64,000 bases of DNA from a virus: positions 34,469 through 98,468 of IMG/VR virus record IMGVR_UViG_3300033153_002115; one strand, 5' to 3'. Below are positions 1-12,400 of this stretch, one piece after another. The number at the start of each line of letters is the position of its first letter. Positions within the stretch are counted from its first letter, which is position 1. The notes beneath the pieces are model-generated. The model was given only the letters and a program-made list of their open reading frames with translations. It searched no databases and was not told the DNA's origin. Position numbers and translations under genes: made by a program.

Positions 1-1
1 T

Positions 2-511
2 ACTGTTCGTAGTGTTTATGATATAGATAAACAAGATGTGTTGTTTGTATTCGAAAGTACCTCTATTGTTTATAATAAATATATTGGAGAGTTTACAAGA
101 ATAGAAGATACTCATAATTATATCCATATATTTGATAATAAAGTATTCTCTCTTGTTAATGATAATCTAAATGAACATTATACTGGAACTGATTATAATC
201 CAATGTATATCACTTATATGTTCGCTCCGATGCCTACCATGGATAAGGTGTTTCATAATATAGAATACCGTAAAATAGGGGATAATAACTTTAATTATAT
301 TAAAGCAGAAGATACTATTAATAGGACTGGAATTATTAACGATCCGGTTATAAGTAATAAATTTAATATAAACAGAATTCATATACCAAGGATAGATAAT
401 GAGATAGAACGTTTTAGAGATGTAAATATTTTATTAACTTTACAGTGTCCTCAAAGTGCAGATCTTATGTCTGTAGATGATATGGTATTAATGTATAATA
501 TAAAAGGGTAA
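2..511 (+). CDS. Tail stabilization protein, C-terminal part (5'-truncated by window edge)
   Basis: Frame is open from nt 2. DKVFHNIEYR...KFNINRIHIPR...RFRD resembles the C-terminus of crAss-like tail stabilization proteins, and it lies directly upstream of the cargo genes. Confidence 0.65.
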   Translation, partial: TVRSVYDIDKQDVLFVFESTSIVYNKYIGEFTRIEDTHNYIHIFDNKVFSLVNDNLNEHYTGTDYNPMYITYMFAPMPTMDKVFHNIEYRKIGDNNFNYIKAEDTINRTGIINDPVISNKFNINRIHIPRIDNEIERFRDVNILLTLQCPQSADLMSVDDMVLMYNIKG

Positions 512-515
512 TACT

Positions 516-2012
516 ATGGCTAGATTAAAAAGAAAAAGTAAAGTTAATCCCTATTCTCTGGGAGGTATAGCAATGAGTGCCGGTGCTGGAGTCGCTGGAG
601 GAGCTGCCGGAGGTCCAGTAGGAATGATTGCAGGTGGAGCTATAGGTTTAGCTAAAGGGATATTCGGACATGTAGCTGAAGAAAAAGCTGCAGAAGTAGC
701 AGCAATACAAGAAAACTTAGCACAAGTAGCAGCAACACAAACTAAATTATCTAGTATGACAAGTAAAGGAGGTAAATTGCTTAATGCAGCAGGACAAGAG
801 ATAAACCCGTTTAATAAGAATGCCTATGGAGGTTTCAATAAAACCAGAGACCTTGAAGAGTATAATGTTGGAGGTTCCCATGAACAGAACCCTAACGGTG
901 GTATCCAAGTTGGTATAGGTGAGAATGGGAAGCCTAATACTGTAGAAGAAGGTGAAGCTGCTTTTGATGATTTTGTATATTCTAATAGGATACCTTACCA
1001 AAAAACAGACACTTTACCGGGATTTGTTAAAGGGGATACTGTTGCAGATGCAGCTAAATCTATCAAGAAAGCTTTTGCCAATAGAAATGATAAGTATTCT
1101 AAAGATACAGAAAAAGAACTGTATGGGCGTCTTGCTAAATGGCAAGAACAACGTAAACAAGAAATGGATATAGGACAAAAAGAGGATACTTTACAAGGAC
1201 AAAACCAATTTACTGGAGGGGGTTTTCCAGAAAGTGTATTTAACTTTGATAAAGATGCAATAGGAAATACAGCTTTTCCAGAAAATAAGTTCATCACACC
1301 TGAAGGCGTGCCAGGTATAAGAGAAAGTATGGCTGCGAATACAGCAGTAACTGAAGGAGTAACTGAAGAAGGTTCTACAAAAGATCAAACTTGGCTTGAA
1401 AGAAATAAGGATACATTACAAACCGGAGCTTTAATAGTAGGAGTAGGGTCTCAATTAGCAGGAGTGGCGTCTAATATAAGGGCGAAGAATAGACTTGAAA
1501 AATCACCGCCAGTTGTAGCAGAGACTTTAGACCCGAATCAAATAAGTCCTCATTTAGTCAATAAAGGAGAAATTCTGACTCAAATAGGTAGAGGACAACA
1601 ATCCGCTATTAATGCTTTAGGAGCCAGAGCTAGTGGAAACTTTGGGGCTTTTGCTGCAAATGTGGCTGGTATACAAGGTAAAACAGCCGAAGCTACTTCT
1701 ACAGCAATGCTACAAGCAGAACAGATGGATGCCGCAGAGTTAGCTAGAGTTGAAGAATCACGAGCAGGTATTAATCAGTTCAATGCGAAAATGCGAATGG
1801 CGGCAACAGAAGCTACTGCACAAGATACTGCTGCTTATGAAGGACAAAGAGGAAGATACGAAAGAGATACAGTAAGGAATATAGGCTCTCTTGGACAGAG
1901 TTTAATTAATTACGTAACAGGTACAAAATTTGCTGAGTACGAAGGAAAAGCCGCAGAAGCAGAAGCTTTAAGTGAAGACCCTTACAGATATTCAAAAAGA
2001 AGAAATAGTTAA
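516..2012 (+). CDS. Virion (cargo/ejection) protein, 498 aa
   Basis: Gly-rich hydrophobic N-terminal segment, GGSHEQNPNGGI...VEEGE...YSNR domain typical of crAss-like virion proteins, Ala/Gln-rich helical C-terminus. Confidence 0.65.
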   Translation: MARLKRKSKVNPYSLGGIAMSAGAGVAGGAAGGPVGMIAGGAIGLAKGIFGHVAEEKAAEVAAIQENLAQVAATQTKLSSMTSKGGKLLNAAGQEINPFNKNAYGGFNKTRDLEEYNVGGSHEQNPNGGIQVGIGENGKPNTVEEGEAAFDDFVYSNRIPYQKTDTLPGFVKGDTVADAAKSIKKAFANRNDKYSKDTEKELYGRLAKWQEQRKQEMDIGQKEDTLQGQNQFTGGGFPESVFNFDKDAIGNTAFPENKFITPEGVPGIRESMAANTAVTEGVTEEGSTKDQTWLERNKDTLQTGALIVGVGSQLAGVASNIRAKNRLEKSPPVVAETLDPNQISPHLVNKGEILTQIGRGQQSAINALGARASGNFGAFAANVAGIQGKTAEATSTAMLQAEQMDAAELARVEESRAGINQFNAKMRMAATEATAQDTAAYEGQRGRYERDTVRNIGSLGQSLINYVTGTKFAEYEGKAAEAEALSEDPYRYSKRRNS

Positions 2013-2024
2013 TATTTAAAAGAT

Positions 2025-4121
2025 ATGGGAGTAGTAAATAGATTTACACAAGCGCAAGATCCATTAGTATTCAACCCTATAAGTGTTGAGCAGTTTGCTA
2101 TGGTTCCATTAGCTAAAGCTAAAGCTAAAGCTTCTGGTATACGTGCAGTTTCTAGTTTAGATATAGACTATGATGTTGATCAAAAAGACCAAGCCAGGAT
2201 AAAGAACAGTGTAGATGCTGTAGATGCGGGTAAGGATAAAGTCATAAACCGTATTATGTCTGAAGGGGTTACGGATAACATGATAACAGAATTTATGGGT
2301 TTAAAACAAACCTATAAAGCTGTTAAAAATGATGTTAAACTAGCAGAGACTAATAAAACCCGTATTGATAAGTGGAAAGCTCAAGTGATGCAGTTACATC
2401 AGAATGACCCTAAGTACATACAATATATTTATGATAAAGAATACGAAAATAAATGGACAGGGACTTTCAGGGAAGATGGTACTTCTAATCAATTTGAAGC
2501 GGAACTTGGGCCAAGATCATTTAGCATAGTGGATGATGCCGCACAGGCATTAAAAGGTATACCGATGACTATGAAAGATGATATTAAAGGTGGCGGTAAA
2601 TTTGTTATGGAACCTGACCCTAATAATCCGGACGGTCCAGGTTATATGACTTGGGTTACTACTGAAGGTAAAAAAGTATATGAGAACAACTCGAATGTCC
2701 TTTTAAGGATGAACGCCTATCTCAGAGAATATAGAAATACAGAAACTCAACGAGGAGCTTACGCCGGTTATAGAGGGATAAAAGATGAGTACATAGAGAA
2801 TGTATTTAATGATATGGCTCAGTCTATGTTTAGAAGCGAAGTTAGAGGAGGTGGAAGTAAAACACAAGTATTAAATAAAATAGAACCACCTGCAGAGTCT
2901 ATTGTTGAACCAGGATTGACTATAAAAACTAACATAGACCATAGTACAGAAGCTGTAGGGAAAGGACAAGAGTTGGATTATAATCCTGCAGTTCGGGCTG
3001 GAATTATGGGAATTAAGCCGGTAATTTCAACTATAGGTTCTGCTATAGAAGCTATACTGCACCCCGGGGAGTTTATGTTTAGTTTATTTACTACTGCGCC
3101 ATTAGAGAAACGTACAGAGCTTATAAGTGAAGGGTTAGAGAAAGCAGGTGAAGCGTTTAGTACAGATACAAAAGAAGTACAAAGAATTCAAAGTGTTGCA
3201 GGGCAGGTATATATAGACAAAGCTTTAAAGCAGTTAACATATGATAGGGAAAGAACTGGAAATACTTATGACTATAGAGAAGGTTTAAGTACAAAAGAGA
3301 ATACGCTTATGACTAAAATCGAGGCGTTTCAAATTAAAATAAACAATAAAAAATTTGACAATCCTCAAGAAGCTTATGCTGATTTTTATCTGGAAACTAT
3401 AATGCCTTATATTGATCAAGAAGTTAAACATAAAACCCAAGAATTTACTTACTCTACTCGTAAGAGTCTGGAGAATAAAGAGATGGGTTTCAAAAATGAC
3501 AATAAAGGAGAAGCTGCAGATAATGTAAAAGCCTTAACACAAAAATCTACTCATAAGATATTCTTTATGGGTAATAAAACTGTTATAGGAAACGGTAGTA
3601 CTGCTGGAGAAAACCTAATAAAAGGCTTGCGTAATTTCCAACCTACTAAAGTCGGGGCTTTAAAATCAGGGGAGTATTTTACTGAGGAGATAAGTGTAGG
3701 GGGAGCTCACCCGGGTATGTATCTAAATAGAAATGGGAAGTTTGTAGATGATATAGCTTATGGCACTATGTATGCTTTATATGAAAAGACAAGTGATGGT
3801 ACTAAAACAATAGGGAATTATATGGTAAGTCCTCCTGAACATGTACGTAAGAACCCAAAATATGTAAGGAATCAGAATACAATGAGAGCGATGGGTAATA
3901 TCGGAATAGAAGGAGTACCTGTACCTATGACATGGTATAGAGGAGGACAAGCGTATAGAGTTGATATGATAAAGTCTGGAATGCCTACAAACGCAGCTAA
4001 TACAGCTAACAATGAATATGGCGTAACAGGTGCTGGGGCTTTAACTTTTATATTACCTGAAACAGGGGATACATTCAAATTCGATCAATCAGATTTAGAT
4101 AATCTAGAAGTAATACGATAA
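2025..4121 (+). CDS. Virion cargo protein, 698 aa
   Basis: Long ORF in the cargo block with N-terminal NRF...FNP motif; no cysteines seen. Confidence 0.55.
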   Translation: MGVVNRFTQAQDPLVFNPISVEQFAMVPLAKAKAKASGIRAVSSLDIDYDVDQKDQARIKNSVDAVDAGKDKVINRIMSEGVTDNMITEFMGLKQTYKAVKNDVKLAETNKTRIDKWKAQVMQLHQNDPKYIQYIYDKEYENKWTGTFREDGTSNQFEAELGPRSFSIVDDAAQALKGIPMTMKDDIKGGGKFVMEPDPNNPDGPGYMTWVTTEGKKVYENNSNVLLRMNAYLREYRNTETQRGAYAGYRGIKDEYIENVFNDMAQSMFRSEVRGGGSKTQVLNKIEPPAESIVEPGLTIKTNIDHSTEAVGKGQELDYNPAVRAGIMGIKPVISTIGSAIEAILHPGEFMFSLFTTAPLEKRTELISEGLEKAGEAFSTDTKEVQRIQSVAGQVYIDKALKQLTYDRERTGNTYDYREGLSTKENTLMTKIEAFQIKINNKKFDNPQEAYADFYLETIMPYIDQEVKHKTQEFTYSTRKSLENKEMGFKNDNKGEAADNVKALTQKSTHKIFFMGNKTVIGNGSTAGENLIKGLRNFQPTKVGALKSGEYFTEEISVGGAHPGMYLNRNGKFVDDIAYGTMYALYEKTSDGTKTIGNYMVSPPEHVRKNPKYVRNQNTMRAMGNIGIEGVPVPMTWYRGGQAYRVDMIKSGMPTNAANTANNEYGVTGAGALTFILPETGDTFKFDQSDLDNLEVIR

Positions 4122-4125
4122 TAAT

Positions 4126-7100
4126 ATGCCACTATACGAAGATGGGGAAAAGATCAACTATAATAAAGATGATTATAACCCAGTAACTCAAAGAAATGAG
4201 CCTTTAAAGGCAGATCTACTTGCTGCTAAAGAAAAGGCCGCTACCAAAGTACCAGATTGGGTAGATAAAGGTACTATTGTTACAAGTGACTTAGACCCTA
4301 AGAAGAATGCTATTACATTAAGTGGTTATGGTAATCGAGGTATCGGTCCTGGTGATTTAGACGAGGACTATGATATGTATGGTGCCTTTGGTTCTTGGGA
4401 TGAGATAAAAGCTAATAGAATAGCATTACAATCAGATTGGGCGAAAGGAAGTCGTGCTGTTTTCGGCGGTTTAATGAAAGGTATAGGTACTGCGTTTAAA
4501 GACGTAGGGTTTATGTTAGATTGGAGAAGCTATGCCAAGGTTGGTGGTCTTATGAACATGGAAGAGACTGGAGCCATTAATGATATACTTAATAATGTCG
4601 GGGATTGGATACATGAATCTGTAGATGAATATGCTCCTATATACGAAAAGAACGATACTAAGTCTATTGTAGGACAACTTATGAAATGGGGTACTGTTAG
4701 TAGTATACTAGATAGTGCTGTTGGTTTTGCTTTACCTGGAGGTGTCGCATCTAAAGCCGGTACTTATGCTATGAAAGGTGTAGCTCTTAGTGGTAAACTT
4801 TTAAAATGGACTAATCGTCTAACAAATTTATCCAGAAGTGACGCTGTTGCTTTACGTTTGATGAGAGCAGAGAAAGCTTTTATAAATTTACAGAAAGCAG
4901 CCCCAAAAGCATCAAATATAATAAACACTGTAGGTCCTATGACTATGCAAGGTATAGGAGAAGGTATGTGGGAAGCTACTGATTCTTATAAAGAACATCT
5001 TGAATCAGTATCTGATTTAGTTTTAACAGGAGAGTTAAGTTTACAAGACGCAACTAATCAAGCTAATGATATAGCTGAAAACGTATTGCAACTAAACATG
5101 GCTAAAAGTTTCTTAAATCTACATATATTTAATAGTGTAGCTAGGAAATTTGGTAAAGGTCTTATAAGAAGTAAACCTACATTTGGAAAGAAGTTACAAA
5201 GTATGGTAAAGGAGATGCCTTTAGAAGCAATAGAAGAAGGCGGCCAAGAGATTTTCAAGAAAGAATCAGAATTTAGAGCTATGCGTGAGTACGAAAAAAC
5301 TCATAAAAATAGTCCTGTATTAGAAGAGTTACGAAAGAAAGGTAAGTATTCTGGTAATTTACCAAATGACTTCTTTGAAAGAATGGCTAATCTAACTAGC
5401 ACAAATCAAGTTTTATTAGCAGGTATTATAGGTGCTGTATCTGGGCCTATTCAACACGCACTTATGAGAGGTGTCGGCAGTAAAAAAAGATTTAAAGACC
5501 AAGTAGATGCGTATGAAAAGCAACAAGCTTTTATTAAAAAGCGTCAAGGGGTTTTGGACGACAGTGATGAGTTTAAAAAGTTTATTGAGCAGGTAAATAA
5601 AGATAATAAAAAAACAGGAGGAGCCACATTTAAAAAGGTAAAAGCAGAACAAGATCTAGCTAAGACTGTAGATAAAACAGCTCTAACAAATAAACTGATA
5701 GAGTTGGCTGATAATATGGATAACGACGATTTACGTGAGTTAGTGAAAAAGCAAGCTTATACAGCTCTTATACAAGAACACGTAGCTGCTGGTACTTATG
5801 AATATCTGGAAAAAGAAGCGGCTAAGTACTCTGGAACTAATCACCATATGAGTGAACTTGCAGGATATATGAAGCGCCTTAAACCTGTAATCAATAAGTC
5901 TAGGGGGTATTTAAATGAAGGTAATATATTTAATACAGCCATGGGTATAGAGTTAAGTAAAGACTTAAAGAAAGCATATACCGGGATGTTAGAGGAAATA
6001 CAGACAGATAAACTAGATAAGACTACAGAAACTCTTGAAGAGCATGACCATCAAATACAACTTATAAATACTATTAAAAAGATAGATGAAAATATACAGA
6101 CGGAACAGGAATACTTAAAGTCTATTACTTCTATGAAGCATCAACATCTATTATCAAGAGAGTTGATATATGATAATGAAAAGAAAAAAGCACTAGAGAG
6201 TCTTGTTAATGTAAAGACAAAGTCACAACTAAATAGAATAATAAGAGCATATCCAGAACTACGTGGGACTAAAGAATATACAAATCAAGTTAGAAATATA
6301 GAATCAGGTAAAGTTACAAAAGCACCTAAAAAGAAAATAACTGCAGCTACTAAGTCAGTAGAGCAACATGAGAAAGAAACTACACAAACTGTAGAAGAAA
6401 ACATACCTGGAACAAAAGAGGGTTTAACTCAACACGATGAAAACCAAGGACGAGTTATTAACGAAGAAGGTAAAAAGGTCAATAAAGCAGGAGTTCCTAT
6501 ATTAGCTATAGAAAATATAGAAGCTCATGTGACAGGAGCTGTTACAGATGTGTCAGATAAGATATCACCAGAAGAGGTAAATGATATTACAAAGATAGTG
6601 CATAGAAAATATGAAAGAGAAGCAGACACTTTTACAAGTCCAGAAGAACAGGTGACTTTTGTAGAAAACCTTGTGAATGATATAGTGCAAGGTTACGTAG
6701 AAGGAGAACGTACTGATATACAAGAAGAACAAGAAGAAGTAAATCAAGAGGTACAAAGACTTGAAAGACGTACTGAGTTATTTGGATCTACAGATACAAC
6801 ACAAAAACTTCCGGAAGAGTTGTTTGAAGAACATATAGCACATTTACAAGAAGTAAAAGTATTTAATGATGAAGTAGATAAGTTAAAGAAAAAAACTACG
6901 CTTACTGAAGAAGAAGATGCCTTTTTAATGCAGGTACCAGAAAATGCAGACGCTACTAGTAAAGAGTTAATCGCTGAAGTGAGAGCAATAGCTGAAGCAA
7001 TAGGTCATGAAAAACCTGATGGGTTTGTGAACTTTAAAGATTACGTGGAGTACCTTAAAGCTATTCTTGGGGAAGATTTTGTAAATGATAATTTCATAGA

Positions 7101-9471
7101 AGCTAAATTAGTGTACCGTACATTAACTGATCATAAGGGAGAACTTCCAGGTGTATACAATGATGTATCTGATAATGTAACAGATTATGGCCTTCCTGAA
7201 GATATGCCTACACCAGAAAAGAATGCTGTAGTATTTGGCTCGAAAAGTCCTGCAGGAACTACTTTTGAGGATGTAGTTGTTGAGATGTATAAAGCAGAAA
7301 AAACAGCAAAGAAATCCTACAATCGGGATCCTTCTGAATCTATAGCACATAAGTCTGAGAGTTCTCATATAGAAATAGATGCAGAAACTAAAGAAGCCTT
7401 CTTAGAAGAAGATACTAAAGCTGTAAAAGACTTAGCTGTATTTCTTAATCCTTATAAATATAACAGTAGGGAAGAAATAGCTTTTGAAATAGATCGTGAT
7501 TATAATTTAGGAGCTCAAGCTTCTTATATATTTAATGAAGATGGTAGTATAAAAGAAGATGGACCGGAATTTCAAGAATACGTTAGAGAAAATGGTTTTC
7601 CTGGGGATACTATTCCTGAAGATTTTGTTCCTATAAAGATAATAGGACCCGCAGGAGAAGATTTTAAGTGGGTGCATAAACCTGAATGGGCTGAAACATT
7701 AGCTGGGCAAGATACACAAGCTCAACGCGAAAAGATAAGAGCTAAACGTTTATCTATATTAAGTCAGATAAAGAAAAGTGAAAAGGGTCAGGCTGTAGGA
7801 AACTTAGAAGGTAAAATAATGTATTGGGATGATAAGAACAGTACTTATAGGGGATTCGTAATGAATGAGGTAAAGAGTCCAATACCTACTTCAGAAGCTA
7901 TCCGTGATAATATAAATATAGGTATTAAAAAGTCTGGTGGTTTAATAAACAGTAAAGTGAAAGAAAGTCAGATTATGAACTTAAACTATATTAAAAACTT
8001 ACCAACAGGTGTATCCTATGTATTATTACCTATAACTAAAGTTGATGGGGTTATGCAATACCATGCGGAACCTTTACGTACTACAAAGTTAAATGAAAAG
8101 TTAGGACGTACAGCACATGCTTTAATACAAGCTTATTTAACGCAAGATAAAAAAGGTGAATTAGCAAAAGAGTATAAAAATAAACGTAACTTAGATATAA
8201 CAACACCAACAGGTCTAGAGAAAGCTCTGGAAACCTTTATGTATGTGTATAAACCTAAAACAGATATAGAAGCTCACTCTCGTTATGCCAGAAATAAGCA
8301 TGGTGGTATAGGTTTATTATCTATAAATAAAGAAACAGGAGTTATATCCTTTGGTATTCAAGGACGTGAGTTAGTGGCTCCGGTAAGTGAAGAGGTTAGT
8401 GATGTTAGCGATAAAAATATAACCGGTTCACTTAAACTATTAGACGGATATTTTAAAACAGGTAAATTTATGTTTAACATAGATAAAACCAGAATGAACG
8501 GTAATAAAGCTTTTTATCATATAACTGTAGGTGAAGAAGGTAAAGTATCTACAACTACTGTTCTTTATAATGATTTAGTTAAAGATAATACAGAAACAAC
8601 TGTAGTGGGGCAACGTTTAGCAGATGGATCCTATACTTATACTCTTCAAAACATTGTTACGTTTTCTGTAAAAGATTCTAAAGAAGAGAGTTCGCGAATT
8701 TTAGAAGACGAAAATCCTATAGCAGCAGAGTGGGATGCTATTGAAAAGAAAGAAATAACTATAAAATACACTAATGGAAAGCCAGTACTAGATGGAACAG
8801 CTTTCAATGTATTCCAAAGAAAGATACATGAGAATATAGATAAAGACAGTGACTCTATATTGCAAATACTAAAAAGTGAAGGTATGATGGTATCTAAAAA
8901 TGAGGTACCTGTACTTAAATCTTATATTGCTATGCTTCGTAAGAATAAAATAGAACCTATGCGATTTGATGAGTTTGCTACTAATCGTGAAACTATAGAA
9001 AAAACTAGAAGTAAGAAACACAGTGAAGCATATAAAGAAAATTTAAAAAAAGCACAAGCAAAGTCGAAAGAAGATATAGAAAAAAGAAGTGTACAAAAAG
9101 TATTGACTGGTTTAGGAATAACAGATATAACTACAGAAATGACTGAGGATGAGATTGCAGAGACTACTGGTAGTGCAAAAGAAGCTAAAGTTATTAAAGA
9201 ATTGATAGATGCAAAAGATACTGTAGGTTTAAATAACAACATACCGCATATGCGTTTTTATAAAGAACGTAATCCTATAGCAGAAACAGCGTGGTATAAA
9301 GAATTATCTGAAGACGACAAGGAAGACGCATCTGAATTATATAAGTTAAATGAGAATACTAGCAATAAAATAGCTACTTTAGCAAAAGAAGGTTTAATAG
9401 AAGAGCAAGCAACAAACGCTTACTCTGAAGGTTTTACCACTATACAGGAACTACAGAAAAAATGTGAATAA
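4126..9471 (+). CDS. Giant virion cargo/ejection protein, 1781 aa
   Basis: Directly upstream of the virion RNAP; Gly-rich amphipathic N-terminal region, EAIEEGGQ motif, coiled-coil middle. Confidence 0.65.
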   Translation: MPLYEDGEKINYNKDDYNPVTQRNEPLKADLLAAKEKAATKVPDWVDKGTIVTSDLDPKKNAITLSGYGNRGIGPGDLDEDYDMYGAFGSWDEIKANRIALQSDWAKGSRAVFGGLMKGIGTAFKDVGFMLDWRSYAKVGGLMNMEETGAINDILNNVGDWIHESVDEYAPIYEKNDTKSIVGQLMKWGTVSSILDSAVGFALPGGVASKAGTYAMKGVALSGKLLKWTNRLTNLSRSDAVALRLMRAEKAFINLQKAAPKASNIINTVGPMTMQGIGEGMWEATDSYKEHLESVSDLVLTGELSLQDATNQANDIAENVLQLNMAKSFLNLHIFNSVARKFGKGLIRSKPTFGKKLQSMVKEMPLEAIEEGGQEIFKKESEFRAMREYEKTHKNSPVLEELRKKGKYSGNLPNDFFERMANLTSTNQVLLAGIIGAVSGPIQHALMRGVGSKKRFKDQVDAYEKQQAFIKKRQGVLDDSDEFKKFIEQVNKDNKKTGGATFKKVKAEQDLAKTVDKTALTNKLIELADNMDNDDLRELVKKQAYTALIQEHVAAGTYEYLEKEAAKYSGTNHHMSELAGYMKRLKPVINKSRGYLNEGNIFNTAMGIELSKDLKKAYTGMLEEIQTDKLDKTTETLEEHDHQIQLINTIKKIDENIQTEQEYLKSITSMKHQHLLSRELIYDNEKKKALESLVNVKTKSQLNRIIRAYPELRGTKEYTNQVRNIESGKVTKAPKKKITAATKSVEQHEKETTQTVEENIPGTKEGLTQHDENQGRVINEEGKKVNKAGVPILAIENIEAHVTGAVTDVSDKISPEEVNDITKIVHRKYEREADTFTSPEEQVTFVENLVNDIVQGYVEGERTDIQEEQEEVNQEVQRLERRTELFGSTDTTQKLPEELFEEHIAHLQEVKVFNDEVDKLKKKTTLTEEEDAFLMQVPENADATSKELIAEVRAIAEAIGHEKPDGFVNFKDYVEYLKAILGEDFVNDNFIEAKLVYRTLTDHKGELPGVYNDVSDNVTDYGLPEDMPTPEKNAVVFGSKSPAGTTFEDVVVEMYKAEKTAKKSYNRDPSESIAHKSESSHIEIDAETKEAFLEEDTKAVKDLAVFLNPYKYNSREEIAFEIDRDYNLGAQASYIFNEDGSIKEDGPEFQEYVRENGFPGDTIPEDFVPIKIIGPAGEDFKWVHKPEWAETLAGQDTQAQREKIRAKRLSILSQIKKSEKGQAVGNLEGKIMYWDDKNSTYRGFVMNEVKSPIPTSEAIRDNINIGIKKSGGLINSKVKESQIMNLNYIKNLPTGVSYVLLPITKVDGVMQYHAEPLRTTKLNEKLGRTAHALIQAYLTQDKKGELAKEYKNKRNLDITTPTGLEKALETFMYVYKPKTDIEAHSRYARNKHGGIGLLSINKETGVISFGIQGRELVAPVSEEVSDVSDKNITGSLKLLDGYFKTGKFMFNIDKTRMNGNKAFYHITVGEEGKVSTTTVLYNDLVKDNTETTVVGQRLADGSYTYTLQNIVTFSVKDSKEESSRILEDENPIAAEWDAIEKKEITIKYTNGKPVLDGTAFNVFQRKIHENIDKDSDSILQILKSEGMMVSKNEVPVLKSYIAMLRKNKIEPMRFDEFATNRETIEKTRSKKHSEAYKENLKKAQAKSKEDIEKRSVQKVLTGLGITDITTEMTEDEIAETTGSAKEAKVIKELIDAKDTVGLNNNIPHMRFYKERNPIAETAWYKELSEDDKEDASELYKLNENTSNKIATLAKEGLIEEQATNAYSEGFTTIQELQKKCE

Positions 9472-9473
9472 TT

Positions 9474-12400
9474 ATGGCTGCTTGTAATACAGAAGAACAA
9501 TTGTTCTTAACTCAAGAATTATACAATAAGATTGTAGAGACTCACAGTGACCTACAAATAGAGGGTTTGACATTTGCAGAGCAAAGGGAAATCGTATCCT
9601 TTATATCCAATAAAATGTATAAGGAAGCTCAGGTTCCGGATCAAAAATATACATTAGCAGATGTAAAAGTATACATCCTCAAGACTATATCTGATATTGT
9701 AGATAAAAATAGCAGTAGTATTGCTGGGTTAACTGCTACCACAGAATCTGCGGAAGAGTTTAAAGATACAGTCAATGCCTATAAAAAAGTTAATAACACA
9801 CTAGGTAAAGTGACAGACACTAAAAACCTGGAGAAACTTATAGGGATAAGCAGAGTCTACTTATCTAATATACAAGGTATAACTGTTGTAGATGAAGGAG
9901 TACCTTTCATAGAAACTGCAGAAATAGATATATCTAAAGTATATTCTAACTACGGAGAAGTAGACGCAGAACGTACTACATTTAATGATAACTTCTCACT
10001 TCAGTTAGATTCTAAAGAGAAAATAGGCGGAAAACTTAGGTCATTTCTTACTTTCGTAAAGAGGAAAAGGTTTAGAAGAAGTGGTAAAGCTATAGATGTG
10101 ACAACATTCTTTGGTACTGAAGAGTATGTACCTTATCAAGAAGTATACAACGAGTTACATAGACTTTTAGAAGGCGTATATCCTACAGAGACGAAGTTAA
10201 TCGCAAGGCTTAAGGAGCAATATGAAGAAGCCAAAGCAACCAAAAACAATAGTCTTGCCTGGCTAGGCGATATGATTACCGGACTTGAAGCTGCAGATCA
10301 AACAACTAAACGTATGTTTGTTCGTGATATGGCTAAACACAAAGCTACAATGGAGTATGTGTATTTCGAAGGTTACACAAACTATGAAGGTGATTATAAA
10401 ACAAGACTTACTATAGCTAACGATAATTCAAGTACCGCCGGTAATAGGTTATTACGCTCATGGCAAACAGCACATATGAAATCTAGTGTAGTAGATGGTG
10501 GTGGGTTTTATGATATACAAAAAATCGTACCTCATATTAACAAGTTAGACGCACTTAAAAATAAAAGTACGTTTAGACCTACTGAAGCAAAGATTGCGAT
10601 ATCAAATGCACTGGAAGATGTAGGTATACTAATTCCAGAAACATTTTTAGACGCTATAATAGAAGGTAAGATTACACTATACGGAGGTAATAGAGAAATA
10701 TACGACACAGGATATGATATCACTGGAGCCATTGTGCGTGACTTAAAAACTATATCAGGAGAACAAGTACAAGTTGGAGATGATATAAAAACTAAAGCTG
10801 ACAATAAATGGATAAGTAGTTCATTCCTTAAATCTCTAGCTACTAATGCGGCTAAATTCAACAAAAATGAGTTTGGTAATGTATTTAGGGTAGCAGATAA
10901 ATTAGTGTATACATACACAGCTAATCACCATTTATATAATAAAGTAAGGGACTTAAAAGAAAATAAAAATTTACTGGATAGTTTAGGTAACACTTCTTTC
11001 TCTGAATACTCTTTATATAGAGATTTGTTAATAAAAGAAGAAAGTCCGTTTAAAGACTGGTTTGATATGACATATGTGTCATTAGCTACTATATTAAAGA
11101 AAACACAAAACGGCTATAGACGTTCTGATGGTTATACAACATTACCAGACGTAGATCTAGAAATTACTAAAATTGCACATGCATTCAGAAACTCTCATAA
11201 GTTTACAGAAACTTTTGGACAAGATGGAACCGGTAATAGTATAGACATAAAAGTAAGTAAAGGTACTAATATTCTACCTACTATATCAGATAAAACAAGA
11301 GTAGTTACTCTTAATGGTTATACATTTCATATAACCAATTATGATAGTTCTATACAAGAGAAAAACGATGCTCCAGATACAGCAATAGAAGATAAAGAAA
11401 ACCCGTTTTTTATATCTGCAGCCGGTATTAATTTGTATTATAATACAGTGGTTATGGCTGAGATTAGTAGGATAGCTGAATCTTCTAATCAAGAGTTTTT
11501 AGATAAACTAGATCTTAAAACAGAAGGTAAAGGGACTAGTTACAAAGGAGACTTATTTTATCTTACACCGTATCTTAATACCATGGCATTTAACGCTGCA
11601 GGTGCTGTAGTAAGCCCAGATACAGAAGGAGCAAAACTACTTATCGATATGATAGTTGATGGAGATAATATAGCCCTTTATCAAGAACATATCAAAGCAG
11701 CCGTACGTAAAGATCTTGAAACTAAAGCGCAAGATAGATATGATGAATGGGCCTCTTATGGTTTAATAAAGGGGGATCATTTGAAGCATATGAACGACGT
11801 AAGCTCTTATGAATCCGGTTTAGATGGAGGAGATGGTTCTCCTATATTTGCTATGGAAGCTGCTATGTCTATCACTTTTAGTGAAGAGATGAATAATGCT
11901 AATGCGTTCCAGTTAATACTGGGAGATCCAGCACAATACTTCAAAAAAGATGTAAAAGGTACATACGGTAATATAACCAAACGTTTAGCTTCAGTGGTGG
12001 CTCCTGGAGACGAAGCAGATTATTCAGACGAACCTACTTATTTACAAGTATTCATGAATGATATGGTTACTCCTTCTAAAGCTATTGATAGTATAATGCA
12101 AACACTAGATGGTGTAAAGTATAATACTTATTTATCCTGGGTAGATAAAGTAAATACATGGGAAAAAGAAAACCCCGCAGTAGAAGAGTACCCAGAAGAT
12201 ATAGAAAATCTTTTAGATAAAATAAACAACCTTAAATCTCTTGCTTATACTGAAATTGAGAGTACAGATGCACAGGAATACTTAACCTGGAAGACGCATT
12301 TAAAAGAGATGCTACGTTATGGAGAATTAACAGACGAAGAGCATAAAGAGATATATGATATAATAGATTCAGGAGAAGAACTTAAAGGGGATAAGTTAGA